DNA of 64,000 nucleotides from Balanoglossus misakiensis (taxonomy: Eukaryota; Animalia; Hemichordata): positions 9,966,844 through 10,030,843 of the forward strand of contig CM082588.2 of assembly GCA_040954595.2 (NCBI GenBank). The letters are read 5' to 3'. Made by a program: the position numbers and the translations under genes. How positions within the stretch are numbered: the stretch's first letter is position 1; every line of letters begins with the position of its first letter. Positions 13,501 to 26,181 of this stretch are shown piece by piece. The notes beneath the pieces were generated by a model. It did not search any database, was not told the DNA's origin, and worked only from the letters and a program-made list of their open reading frames with translations.

Positions 13501-14595
13501 ACATCTCTCCCCTAAGAAAATCAATAAGTTTGTGTTTCTTCTGGACAGGGATGGGGCATGGTGCATATCCCCTGTAAATGCATGCCATTCAAATTCAAGC
13601 CCACTGCTTGGTTCTATTTTTTATCACTTGGTTTTCACTCACTGCTTCTTCAGATCACAGAATCAATGAATTTAATCGGGGAGTTTCACACCTCTTGTGT
13701 ACATCATGTGTAATGCAACAATCACTATAAAATACCTGCGATCGCATAACTTCGTGTTCAAAGCCAATTGAAATGTAGACCTAACATTTTTTTTTCTTAT
13801 TCACCTATAAAAGTTCCGCTAAACTTATGACACGTAATTTTTGGCCAGCCTTTGTTTGTTTTCTTAGAACACGGGTTTTGACTATCGTTTCATCCATAGT
13901 GATACATAGCTTTATTTGAACGATCATTATCCATTTCCTGTCTCTGTTCGTGTTCATGACGCTTTGATACAAAAGAAATGTCAACAACATGCTATGCAAC
14001 AGTTACCAAGCATGACTCGCAAACTTTTAATTCGAAATATTCTATGCATATTTTTCCCCGGTGCAAGTGCATGCACTTGCTATATTCATAATAATAATCC
14101 CCCTGTTTATTAGCGCGTGAGCAGATGATAATGAGTACTCGATAGGGGCCGATCGGCATCCGGTCTAGTTCATGTACATTACGGCATCTACAGCTAGCTG
14201 CCAGCTGTCGATGTCACCGTAGTGCAACCCCAGTGCAACCCGGCGTCTACACGTACTTATGCTTACGTGTATTTTCGTTAGGAGTTTACAACTGGTGATC
14301 ACGTCATATTTGAAATAGAAATCAGTGCACCGTGGAACAAGAAAGCGGCCTAAAGAAACCGTAAATACTCAGCGAAAATTTAGATAAATCCCGGAACGTG
14401 AAAACAAGAATCAAAACAAACAAATGAACGTCGCAATGTACGGTAAATCACCGGCATCTCCATCTGACATCGTAAAGTTTACCTTCTTTATCATTGTCAA
14501 TGTCAATGTCATTCATAAAAAAACATTCTCTACTAATTTTCTCTAGTTTACAGAATTCTATAAGTATTCGTATATGTACTTACCTCGCATTCCAT
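10596..14595 (-). CDS. Kolobok accessory protein (KolX-like / P2X7 cytoplasmic-ballast-like Cys-rich domain) with RG-rich repeat N-terminus; 4 predicted exons, frame intact
   Basis: Phase-0 GT-AG exons 14584-14595 (MECE), 12742-13299, 12391-12633 ([22 protein letters not shown]) and 10596-10862 ([44 protein letters not shown]). These match the WCxCxxC..CC and RxxAYR..W..LG..R.VIPSC.V..IR..FP motifs of the P2X7 C-terminal/nanor-like domain. The 12-nt first exon is the least certain. Confidence 0.82.
11189..11656. mobile_element. Kolobok-type MITE nested in an intron of the accessory gene, right arm partly duplicated
   Basis: agggacgaagtctctctc...gagagagactttgtccct with TTAA at 11185-11188 and 11657-11660. 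About 120 bp of the right arm occurs twice (~11418-11536 and ~11538-11656). Confidence 0.88.
12835..13224 (-). repeat. Coding minisatellite, 78-bp unit x ~5 ([26 protein letters not shown])
   Basis: Near-identical 78-bp units inside exon 2 of the accessory gene. Confidence 0.95.
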
Positions 14596-16504
14596 TGTTG
14601 TGATCCAGGACCAGGGTCATGAACGTACGTGACCAGGTCATTGACTGAAGCACATGTGTGTGTTGACATTGTGACGCAACCGCAATATGCGTAGTTTTTC
14701 ACTTCGCGGGAGGTCAACATGGCGGTCGATCGAAATCGCGCGCACGGCCAGGCAGAAATCCAGTCTTTAGCCTAAACGGCGAAAACGTAGTTCAGGGTAT
14801 TCTTCAAGCAATGTGTGGTCATTATATGTCATAATAATGGATTTGACGTAAGTATTTAATGGAGTTTGGAGGCAAAAAGAGAGAGACTTTGTCCCTTTAA
14901 TTATCTAATTTATGCATTGTTAACAATGCACTGTGACGTTTACTGCATGTAATTTTTTTCCCCTGTGGAAACTTACTATGCTTTGAATACATGTTCCCTA
15001 ATGGGGTGTTGAAGGATACAGTAGGATCTGTTTCTGTAGCAAATATGACACTGTTTTCAACATATTTGACTGGTGGCAATATGTGATATTATGTTGGTAT
15101 CCATCATGTAACTCAGATCACCTATATGAAGCTCCATACCAAATTTCACAGAAGTCGGCTGATCAATTCCAGAAAAGTAGATTTTTTACCAAAAATGTGG
15201 AAAAAGACAAAAAATGCATAAAAAGTAGAAAATTCACACTATTAGATTAAAACACACAGAATGTGTAAGGCTAATATAAGGTACTATCATACCATTTTTC
15301 AAATCAATATGACCAGGAGTTGTTGAGTGTCTGAGTTTTGACCAAATTAAGGTTTTTCCCGGCTAATTTGCATATTTCTGGTAATGAAAAATTTGTTTGA
15401 ACAAACTCCCATCTACAGCCTAGCATGCATCTACACACCAAATATCAAGGTTATTGGCGCAACGGTTTTCAAGTTTTTGATGTGTACACATACATCCATC
15501 TATCCGTCCATACGTCCATACAAAAGGTCCCACTGGTATACACAAAAAATGTAACACTTAACATCTTACAGTACAGGGCCTTGCTAGTTGATGTGGTACA
15601 ATTCTATCATATCACTTCACAGCTGGTAGCCAAGGGCAGTGTTTGCACAGAGGAGTCTCCTGAATGTCTTCGCTCGTTTGCACATCTTCAGTGATAATGT
15701 CTGGATTACATTGACATGAAACTGTTTGTTCAGTAGTCTTTCAACTGCCAGCCGCCTGGGTTCATTTTACAGCATAAACACTGAAAATATTGTAGCAGTC
15801 AATAATATAACCTACACACCGTGTAAAATTCACCATGTTCTAAAGATATGTTGATGTCTAATGTGCATTGTGACGTACAGGGCATGCAAGGCTAAAGCTT
15901 GTCAAAAGTTGACAAAGAAAAAGACCAGACCAGGTGCCTGTTTTAAAATATGCTTCTTTCCAAGGACCTTGGTGATGAGCAATGAATTGGGGAATGTTCA
16001 TGAGACCCATTCATTTCACTGGACCCGCATATGTAATGATATGACCATGAAATTGAACTGTTCCCAGGAGCTACTGAGAGTTGCCTTGTTTCACCCCCAA
16101 GTTACTACCTGGGGTTTTTTACAATGTCAACAGTAGTTCCAAAAATGTTGTACTTTTATGAATAATCAATTAGGGTAGATTTATTCGTGGTAGTAAAACA
16201 TTCTGGCCTGCAGCTGCCAAAACAAAGACAATTACAAGTAAGGGACTGGACGTAAACTACTAAGGGGGAGGGCAGGGGAATTGACGAAAGCGATGGCCTC
16301 AAATTAATGACCCTCCCCAAGTTACGGACTCCGAAAAAAATATGGCCCGTCCCCCCAAACGTGAGCACAAAAATTTATGACCCTCCCTTAATGCAAAAAT
16401 ATAACTATAAAGATCTTCACATCATCAATATTGTACTTGTAACTTGATTTGTACAGTGTACTGTAAATAAAAAGCACAATAACAATGCTCCATATTGGTG
16501 AGTA

Positions 16505-17528
16505 TAGTGCAGGAGCTAAACCCAAATTTTGGCATAATTGTGCACTTTGGATTAAAAGCATGAAACTTGGTACACTTATGCATTGAGCCATGGCGGCCAT
16601 TTTCTGATATGGAACCAACATGACAGCGCCCTCTAGTGGCCAGAAACATACATTGATACTTTAAAATTGTGCACTTCCGGTTAAAAGAATTAAATTTGCT
16701 ACAATTATTCATTGACCCATGGCGGACATTTTCCAATATGGATCCCAAAAGACAGCGCCCTCTAGTGGCTAGAAACTGACATTTACTCTTTTCCCCCATT
16801 AATGACACTTTTTGGGCAAGTTTAACACTCAGAGACAGGAATGTGGGTTGTAAAACATGCTTGCTGTCATACATTCCTTTGGATATTATCCTAATCCTGA
16901 TGTACATATATCAAATCAATCTTGTATGTTACTAATTGAACGATTTGCTCTTCGAAATAACAGAACCAGTTGAATACACAAAGTCATGCAAAGGGGTAAG
17001 ACAACACTTCTTCTCCAGAAAGTCAAGGGTTCTCGAGAATACAGGCAGCTCCTAAAGAACATGTGCTATGAGAAACCTAGCAAAGCTATATCAAATCAAC
17101 AGAATCCCAGTGGAAATCAAGTTGAACAACTCTTAGTCAAGCCCAAGAAAAGAGTCAACCTCAGGAAATCAGTTGCAAAAAGTCATGCACATGTTTCTGT
17201 AGGTGCTTTAGGTCTAGTCGTACAGCACTGCTCTTTGTTTCTGTCATCAAGATTGATCTGATACATGTACATCAGGATTAGGATAATATACACATCAATG
17301 TATGGTAGCAAGCATGTTTTACAACCCACATTCCTGTTTCAAGTGTTACAAATGACCAAAAAGTGCCATTAATGGGGGGAAAAGTGTGAATGTCAGTTTC
17401 TGGCCACAAGAGGGCGCTGTCATTTCGGAACCATATCATATAATGGCCGCCATGGGTCAATGCATAAGTGTACCAAGTTTCATGCTTTTAACCCAAAGTG
17501 CATGATTTTTTGGTTAACTGCCCTACTA
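16505..17528. mobile_element. Non-autonomous DNA element with TAG...CTA ends and long internal inverted repeats (Academ-like)
   Basis: Starts tagtgcagg and ends gccctacta. The arms are inverted, e.g. aaaagcatgaaacttggtacacttatgcattg (~16554) versus caatgcataagtgtaccaagtttcatgctttt (~17458). No TSD is evident. Confidence 0.6.
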
Positions 17529-17556
17529 CAAATCTAGGCACCTACAATGGCCTTGC

Positions 17557-18075
17557 ATGGAGAGGCCCACACCCTACAGAAGTGCAGACTCTAGCTTTGT
17601 CGGAAGCATCGCAGAAGTGATAAGTTTAGGGTTTAGCTGCGGAACCGATCGCTCTATATGTACACGCTCGGTCGCCGATGATCTCTCCCGATCACATTTT
17701 CTGTCATTAAAAATTAATGACAATGGAACACTTTCTGTGATTGTTGATGGTAAAACAGTTCCGTTGGAACAACATGGATTTCCACAGCACATACCTGCTA
17801 CAACAGAAAGTCTAGAAATCATGAATGTCTTTCTTCAAAGAGTGCATATCTGCACAGGTGTTCCCAAGCGCAGCCATTATCATATCATGTTCGCCAAAAC
17901 CATTACTGTTGAGACTAATCACGGTGAAACTGCGGCTGGTAACTACAAGCAGATCATCAGGGATGTTCGCTGTTCCCTCCTCCTTCCTGTGACCAGTTAT
18001 GGCCGTACTTGCCGAAGATGCCAAAAAACGTACGACTACGTCAGCCAAAAAACAACCAACAAAGTGTCCCAACAG
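17557..18075 (+). pseudogene. Duplicated, 5'-truncated first exon of the P-like transposase
   Basis: Encodes ICTG...IRDVRCSLLL..TCRRC and ends at the phase-0 donor CAG|gtaata (18076). No downstream exon is present in this copy. Confidence 0.65.
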
Positions 18076-18284
18076 GTAATACTAACATATCATAGAATGC
18101 AATGCATCGAACATTATTGATTTGCATGTTACGTATAGTTCTATAGTGGATGTAGAATCCCGGAGAGACTAATATGATCACATGGTACATTTCATAAACA
18201 GAATACTTTAATTTCTTGTAAATATGAAATACAGTGAATAAATAAAATGTATCGGCAGTGCAAAATGTAAACCAACAGTGGAGT

Positions 18285-20259
18285 TCATTCCCCACACCTC
18301 ATACATTTAAATGGAAGGTCACTATCATTTGCGTGTCCCATGTACTCAGTGAGGGATAAACCAGAACATTCCTGGTGCAGCCACCCAAGACAAGCATCAC
18401 ACTGAATCCACGCTTCTCCACTGACGTACGAATCCCCACACATGCAACACTCGCTCTCTGAACTCCCTCTTTTCTTCTTGATGGTTTTTCCCTTACCCTT
18501 TCCTTTGCCCTTCCCTTTCCCAACCCGTCCTGCACATGCCGACTGGGTGGCCGTGACTGACTGTGTTGTAGAGACATTTATCGCTTTTCTTTTTTGGATT
18601 TCCACGCGATGGGCTGACGATTTTGCACGACCAATCTTATCTAGCAGCGATTTCCTATATTGATTATTTGCGATGCGGAAATATCGCCGAACAATATCAT
18701 TGAACAATTCAACTATTACTCCAGACTCTATGTCAACAAACAGGCGTTTCCAAGCACTCTGCAAATTTACGTCACCGAGCAACTTATTTTCGGCGTGACT
18801 AATAACTTTGCCCCCAAAGACATTCAAAGCTTTCCAACTCCACACGTCGTCTTTCTACTTGACAAAAAAAGTCAAAGGCATTGTCAGAAATATGCTGAAG
18901 CGACCGTCTTATGTTTTGTCGCCTGACTGTCTCTTCCAAGCTAGATTTTTCAGACGATATTTCGAGAAGCTCAGACTCTGAAGCTTCTAACATACTTAAC
19001 AAACCCAGTGTTGCTTTGCATTTCTCGTACTTAGCACGGTCACTAGACAAATTTCTTCTCAATTCAGCAGTGACTGAATATTTTGCTTTGGCAACACATC
19101 GGCCACCCAGATACCGCAGCTTTCCCAACCCACTTTCTGATGATCGGAATGTCGCTGATCTCGGAATGTCTACTTTCTCTACCTGATCCCGTAGAATTTT
19201 CTCTTCTACGTGTTTGAACACCCTTGCTCTGAGTGCATCAGCAATGTTCATTACACTGGCATACTCGTCCGTGTTCGGTTGGTGTCCCAGGAGATCACAG
19301 ACTGAATTGTTGAACTCATCGGATTTAACAAACCGATCATATGTCTTGAGGAGAGAGGTCAACTCCTTTGTGTCCGGCTCTACCAGAGATTGTACCTTGC
19401 TCAATAAATTTGATGTAATAAAATTACAAAAAAATTGCAATTTGCTTTCGTTTTCTGGTAATAACAACCGGGTCATAATTTCCCTTTTCTTTTTTCTTCT
19501 TTCTGTGTTCGACGTTAATTTGGACTGGAGGTTGAGTACCACATCTCGACCGTTAATTTCGCCTTCTTTATGCTGTAGTGCAGGCGTTTCAGCCTCGGAA
19601 TCCTTCCATGATGGCCCAGCATTCGATGTTGTTCCGAGCGAGTCATCGGAACTGCCGCCAACGACCGATTCCTGCTGGCTGCCAACTTGAATGTCTCCAG
19701 TTTCTGAATTACGAAATTACCATAATGAATTTTATATATGGGTCGAACAATAAAAGAAGCCAGGCACTCTTCTAATTTATGATATTACAATACGAAAATA
19801 CCTAAAATCTGTAACATTTTTATGATCTAAAGATCGCTTTCGATTACCTTGCATCAGGAGGTCAATTTCCTGCAGTTCTTTATCATTAAAATCACTGTCA
19901 TCGTCACTACAGTCTTCTACAATGGGTGTTGCCATAGCGCCTTCATCGCCTGGGTCTTTGTTATCGTCATCTATTTCTTCAGTCTGATCTTCTGTAAACA
20001 AAACATTCAGGATAAGGTAGAATTACGAATACACTGTTAAAGAACATGTATGACACCTTTGGTTTTGGTGTTTAATGTATGATTCATTTGCAACATGCTT
20101 CATTTCGTAATGACAGATGAAAAAACAAATCGATTATTGACCATCGACTGCAATCCCAACTGAACGGAGGCCATATGTTGGACGATGTCACGGTTGTTTC
20201 CTTTGATCTTTGCCGAAAATTTCTGTCCACGCCCATCTTGTCTATTTCGCTACGGGGTC
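18285..20259 (-). pseudogene. Duplicated 3' part of the PIF1-PHD gene (frameshifted)
   Basis: Same sequence as 21105-23057, but an 8-bp deletion at ~18824 splits it into ORFs 18799-19542 and 18285-18845. Confidence 0.8.
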
Positions 20260-21104
20260 TTATTCAAAACCTAATCACGTAGCGATAATATTCCGCCAGG
20301 TGTTATCTCATTAATATTCATAAGAATGACAAAGGTATAAAAGAAGAACAGGGCAGAAGACTCTGTGTCATTTCCTCGCACAGTCAGGGCAGTCTCCACC
20401 GGTATAGAACATGGCTTCGAGACAAGACGTAGCTGCTCAGAAAACCACTTCCAACGTAGCTGTAGACGCTGCCTCACGAAGTTCGGCAGCCCAGCAGCCA
20501 ACTCGGGGAACGGCCACTGATTCTGATATCGCACAAGCTTTTGTGGACGCCCATCGAATTACACCTTACGCGAGTCAAGGCGTAAAGAACAACATAGATT
20601 TCCACAGCACATACCTGCTACAACAGAAAGTCTAGAAATCATGAATGTCTTTCTTCAAAGAGTGCATATCTGCACAGGTGTTCCCAAGCGCAGCCATTAT
20701 CATATCATGTTCGCCAAAACCATTACTGTTGAGACTAATCACGGTGAAACTGCGGCTGGTAACTACAAGCAGATCATCAGGGATGTTCGCTGTTCCCTCC
20801 TCCTTCCTGTGACCAGTTATGGCCGTACTTGCCGAAGATGCCAAAAAACGTACGACTACGTCAGCCAAAAAACAACCAACAAAGTGTCCCAACAGGTAAT
20901 ACTAACATATCATAGAATGCAATGCATCGAACATTATTGATTTGCATGTTACGTATAGTTCTATAGTGGATGTAGAATCCCGGAGAGACTAATATGATCA
21001 CATGGTACATTTCATAAACAGAATACTTTAATTTCTTGAAAATATGAAATACAGTGAATAAATAAAATGTATCGGCAGTGCAAAATGTAAACCAACAGTG
21101 GAGT

Positions 21105-24100
21105 TCATTCCCCACACCTCATACATTTAAATGGAAGGTCACTATCATTTGCGTGTCCCATGTACTCAGTGAGGGATAAACCAGAACATTCCTGGTGCAG
21201 CCACCCAAGACAAGCATCACACTGAATCCACGCTTCTCCACTGACGTACGAATCCCCACACATGCAACAGTAGCTCTCTGAACTCCCTCTCTTCTTCTTG
21301 ATGGTTTTTCCCTTACCCTTTCCTTTGCCCTTCCCTTTCCCAACCCGTCCTGCACTTGCCGACTGGGTGGCCGTGACTGACTGTGTTGTAGAGACATTTA
21401 TCGCTTTTCTTTTTTGGATTTCCACGCGATGGGCTGACGATTTTGCACGACCAATCTTATCTAGCAGCGATTTCCTATATTGATTATTTGCGATGCGGAA
21501 ATATCGCCGAACAATATCATTGAACAATTCGACTATTACTTCAGACTCTATGTCAACAAACAGGCGTTTCCAAGCACTCTGCAAATTTACGTCACCGAGC
21601 AACTTATTTTCGGCGTGACTAATAACTTTGCCCCCAAAGACATTGAATGCTTCAAAGCTTTCCAACTGCACACGTCGTCTTTCTACTTGACAAAAAAAGT
21701 CAAAGGAATTGTCAGAAATATGCTGAAGCGACCGTCTTATGTTTTGTCGCCTGACTGTCTCTTCCAAGCTAGATTTTTCAGACGATGTTTCGAGAAGCTC
21801 AGACTCTGAAGCTTCTAACATACTTAACAAATCCAGTGTTGCTTTGCATTTCTCGTACTTAGCACGGTCACTAGACAAATTTCTTCTTAATTCAGCAGTG
21901 ACTGAATATTTTGCTTTGGCAACACATCGGCCACCCAGATACCGCAGCTTTCCCAACCCACTTTCTGATGATCGGAATGTCGCTGATCTCGGAATGTCTA
22001 CTTTCTCTACCTGATCCCGTAGAATTTTCTCTTCTACGTGTTTGAACACCCTTGCTCTGAGTGCATCGGCAATGTTCATTACACTGCCATACTCGTCCGT
22101 GTTCGGTTGGTGTCCCAGGAGATCACAGACTGAATTGTTGAACTCATCGGATTTAACAAACCGATCATATGTCTTGAGGAGAGAGGTCAACTCCTTTGTG
22201 TCCGGCTCCACCAGAGATTGTACCTTGCTCAATAAATTTGAAGTAATAAAATTACAAAAAATTTGCAATTTGCTTTCGTTTTCCCGTAATAACAACCGGG
22301 TCATAATTTCCCTTTTCTTTTTTCTTCTTTCTGTGTTCGACGCTAATTTGGACTGGAGGTTGAGTACCACATCTCGTACTGTACTGCTGTAGTGCAGGCG
22401 TTTCAGCCTCGGAATCCTTCCATGATGGCCCAGCATTCGATGTTGTTCCGAGCGAGTCATCGGAACTGCCGCCAACGACCGATTCCTGCTGGCTGCCAAC
22501 TTGAATGTCTCCAGTTTCTGAATTACGAAATTACCATAATGAATTTTATATATGGGTCGAACAATAAAAGAAGCCAGGCACTCTTCTAATTCATGATATT
22601 ACAATACGAAAATACCTAAAATCTGTAACATTTTTATGATCTAAAAATCGCTTTCGATTACCTTGCATCAGGAGGTCAATTTCCTGCAGTTCTTTATCAT
22701 TAAAATCACTGTCATCGTCACTACAGTCTTCTACAATGGGTGTTGCCATAGCGCCTTCATCGCCTGGGTCTTTGTTATCATCATCTATTTCAGTCTGATC
22801 TTCTTTAAACAAAACATTCAGGATAAGGTAGAATTATGAATACACTGTTAAAGAACACCTTTGGTTTTGGTGTTAAATGTATGATTGCAACATGCTTCAT
22901 TTCGTAATGACAGATGAAAAAACAAATCGATTATTGACCATCGAATCCAATCCCAACTGAACGGAGGCCATATGTTGGACGATGTCACGGTTGTTTCCTT
23001 TGATCTTTGCCGAAAATTTCTGTCCACGCCCATCTTGTCTATTTCGCTACGGGGTCTGTTTTGACTGCAAATACATTTTGCAGATAACTTTACTATTTAA
23101 CCACCTACCGAATTTATGACAACAAGAAAGGTCATCCAGTATAAGTAGTTGTTTCCTTACATAAAAATCCAACACGGTCTTTCTGGGCGGTAAACATCTC
23201 GATTTATGGTAGTTGACTACACGGAGGTCGTCCGACGACTTCACTCTTCCAAGCCCAACGCTTAATTGTCCTGGCTGGAACACTCTCTTTGCATCAACCT
23301 GTACTCGCTGAAGCATCTGACCTAAACCACCTACATAAATGCACAGGGAAATATCTTTAAGAAATTCAATTTGTCCTTTGAAAATATCGTTACGGTACTA
23401 TTTGTCCAGATCACTGGATAAAATTTCAAGTTTCCGTTTTGCTGAGAAAGCTACAACTGTATCGGTGAAACGAAGGCTTACTGTTTCATAGTAAAAGTAT
23501 ATGAAACACGCATACCGTACAGATCCTCTCGCTCCAGGGTCTCTGTAAGACACACACACACACCCACACACGTACGTCACATATAAGAAACCTGTTTACA
23601 TTGCGCTTTGTGGTAAGTAAGAGCGAATGCCAGTTTGAGGGGTATCTGTGTCCTACTTGCCACAGTGGATTTTGGGCCAGGTAATTACACACCGAAATTG
23701 TCGGCCTCCACCTTTTGTACGATTCCATTTTCAAAGAACACGGTTACGTTATCATCTCCCATTTCACGAACTATACACCTTGTAATCCGTTTACCATCGT
23801 CGGGCTCAGATTTCGTATTAACATTACAGGCGCACCAACTTTCAAGCAGAGCAGCCTTGATATCTGAATACACTTGAGATATCGTTTATCACCTGGAAAT
23901 GAAAACAGTTACATGTTTAAATTTTATCTTCGATATTTCATTCATATAGTACACCAAAACGAAAACACGGGCGACAAGTCAGATTAGTTGCAAAATCTAC
24001 CCACCGAACGTAAACTCAAGTAAACAATTTGGTTTTATCAATCTCACGTGGATCTTCAAGTCAAATATTAGGCTTACTTTGCAAAGTTTTTTTGCTAAAT

Positions 24101-26181
24101 ATTTATTTCAACCATCCAATGCTCCTAAATAATGTCGGTCATTTTACTCCCCATTCTTCGTACTGTGTTACTAATTTTCTGGGGTTTATCTGGAATGCAC
24201 TTTTGCGTGTTTTTTAAGTTACGGGAGGGGTGATATGAACTACGGTCGTATGTTCACTTGCCTTCATCTTTAGACTCGTACGTCTTCATATCTCCCGGCA
24301 TTTCAAAAAGTCTTTCTGCGTTGAACATTTCAACTTCCAAATTGGTTGAGAATACATGGGTTGCTCTCGCACAATCTTGAAATGGCCGGGAGAGACTCTT
24401 GAGCAATTATCTGTGTCTTCGCTAACACTTCCTATGGCGGTTTCTCGTACGGCTTTTACCATAAGGGGATCTGTTTGTCGATGTACTTGCTGCAGGTTTA
24501 TATGATGCAGGTGACGGAACAGGTGCGACATGAAACAGAATTCACCGCTGTCTTCATATCGTGGGTTAGCTACTGGCGGCAATTGATAGAAGTCACCACA
24601 TGCAACAATTTGTATGCCACCGTAGTAATCTCTGGACCCTCTGATTTTTCTGCAGATTTCATCAACTTGCTCGTATATTTTCTTGCTTATCTGCGGAATT
24701 ATGTACAGCATATTATTTATAATGCATAAATGATCATAAAACCGACACATGTGCAGGTGTATAAAAAATCTAAAATTTGCAGCTTGTGACTCTTTATAAT
24801 AAAAACGTAATACAACTAGTGCAAGCTTCAATATTCATATTTACCATCGATATCTCATCAATTATGAGTATATCCGTGGGCAAAATCATATTCTTCGCAG
24901 CATAAAAAGCGGGATCCGTGTTTAGCAAGTCGCATAATTCTTGCGTAAGATATATTCCATCCTTCATTTAAATAATTATGAAAAAGGATAAAGTTAACCA
25001 CAAGATGTCGACATCACATCGAACATAACTTAAAACGAAGGAAAGCAGGGTACGGCATTATCTCAGTAATAAAGGCCGAAGGATAACATTATCTCTATAC
25101 TAAATGGCGAAGGACAGTAATATTTCTATATTTTAGGCCGAAGGACATCATTGTCTCATTCCCACGGAGGAAAATAGTTTTGTAGTACATTATTACCCCA
25201 CTTGAACATCGGAATAGAATTGACGAATAAAATAAAAAACTGTGCATGGGGGAATTGTCTGTGTGGTCTGCGGATTTGTATACAGAGTCTATGGCGGAGA
25301 CGAAGACTTCGAATCAATTCAAACTACTTTATTACTACTTCATTACTATAGCTACGTAAGCTGGTATGCTACAGAAAAGTGTGTCAACTCAAATGAGAGA
25401 AGTGGAAAGACCGGATGCATTCAGAGTCAATCCCCAGAAAGTGCTTCAAAGTGGTCTCAAAACAAGTACTAATGAAAAGGAATTAGCGACATGTTATATA
25501 GCTCATCTTGGCGGGAAAGTTTATAAAAGCTAGATTGTTATTGGCTAATAAATGAGTCATCCGGAGACTTTGTTTTAGTACACATCCAGGTTATTTATGT
25601 GATCAGAGTTTATGATATCACTGTCAAGATCTTAACTAGAGTGTCATGTTTACACGAATCGAAACAGCTGTTCTAAACAAACACTGCCTTAGAGGAAATA
25701 CACGTGAATTTGTTCGTCCAAAATTCGCCCTTCAGTAAAAAGATGCCGTTCTTCTCCATTTCGTATAGAGATAATGATGTCCTTCGCCCTAAAATATGGA
25801 GATATTACTGTCATTCGCCCTTAAGCATACAGATAATCGTGTCCTTCGCTTTCCTTTGTTTTAGTCTCACACTTACATCGGTTTTATTGTCCAAAGAGGC
25901 CCCCGCATCCGTGGACATCATTGGCGATCATTGGGACTTTGTCATGTTCAGTTTTGATGAAATCTTTCGAGAGTACGCTTTGGTGAAACCAATCATGAAA
26001 ACTTACCCGCAAGCCTGCCCAAGCATGTACAGTCATTGCCCGAGGGTACTGCAAAGTTGCTATCCCAGTGGAGGCTGTCACGTAGATGCTTTTTTTTTTC
26101 CAGAATAACGGTTTTTCCTGTACCGGCTTGGCCTGTTATCAGGATATTGTGTCCGAAATTCAAGAGGTTTATAGCATCCAT
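21105..26181 (-). pseudogene. PIF1-family helicase fused to an acidic linker and C-terminal PHD finger, multi-exon, frameshifted
   Basis: Walker A TGQAGTGKT and TASTGIA..TVHAWAG (26007-26181); Walker B IIDEISM (~24845-24866); GGIQIVACGDFYQLPPV and QVHRQ (24690-24470); LKVGAPVMLIRNL..MVNG and RTQIPLKLAFALTYHKAQ (~23600-23850); QPGQLSVGLGRV (23050-23330). The final exon carries a C4HC3 PHD: CCMC..WIQCDACLGWLHQEC..FKCMRC. Confidence 0.85.
25028..25866. mobile_element. Inverted-repeat MITE-like insertion in PIF1 intron 1
   Basis: The left arm has ~31-bp subrepeats (ggcgaaggacagtaatatttctatattttaggccgaaggacatcatt). These are mirrored at ~25765-25865 (aatgatgtccttcgccctaaaatatggagatattactgtcattcgcc). 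Confidence 0.65.

Larger units (their letters stand above)
3993..14896. mobile_element. Kolobok-superfamily DNA transposon, both ends present, non-autonomous (internally deleted transposase)
   Basis: Perfect 27-bp TIR agggacaaagtctctctctttttgcct (3993-4019; reverse complement at 14870-14896), TTAA TSD (3989-3992, 14897-14900), AG termini, and two convergent multi-exon genes as expected for Kolobok. Confidence 0.92.
17529..23057. repeat. ~2.8-kb tandem duplication of the P-like transposase 5' exon and the PHD-gene 3' end
   Basis: 17767-20259 is nearly identical to 20587-23057 (offset 2820 near the start). The junction follows ctacggggtct at ~20259. Confidence 0.95.

Noticed and set aside
21105-26181. 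Helitron or host PIF1 gene
   Set aside because: No HUH Rep motifs or Helitron ends were seen. It lacks the N-terminal region of host PIF1, is fused to a PHD finger and is nested in a transposase.
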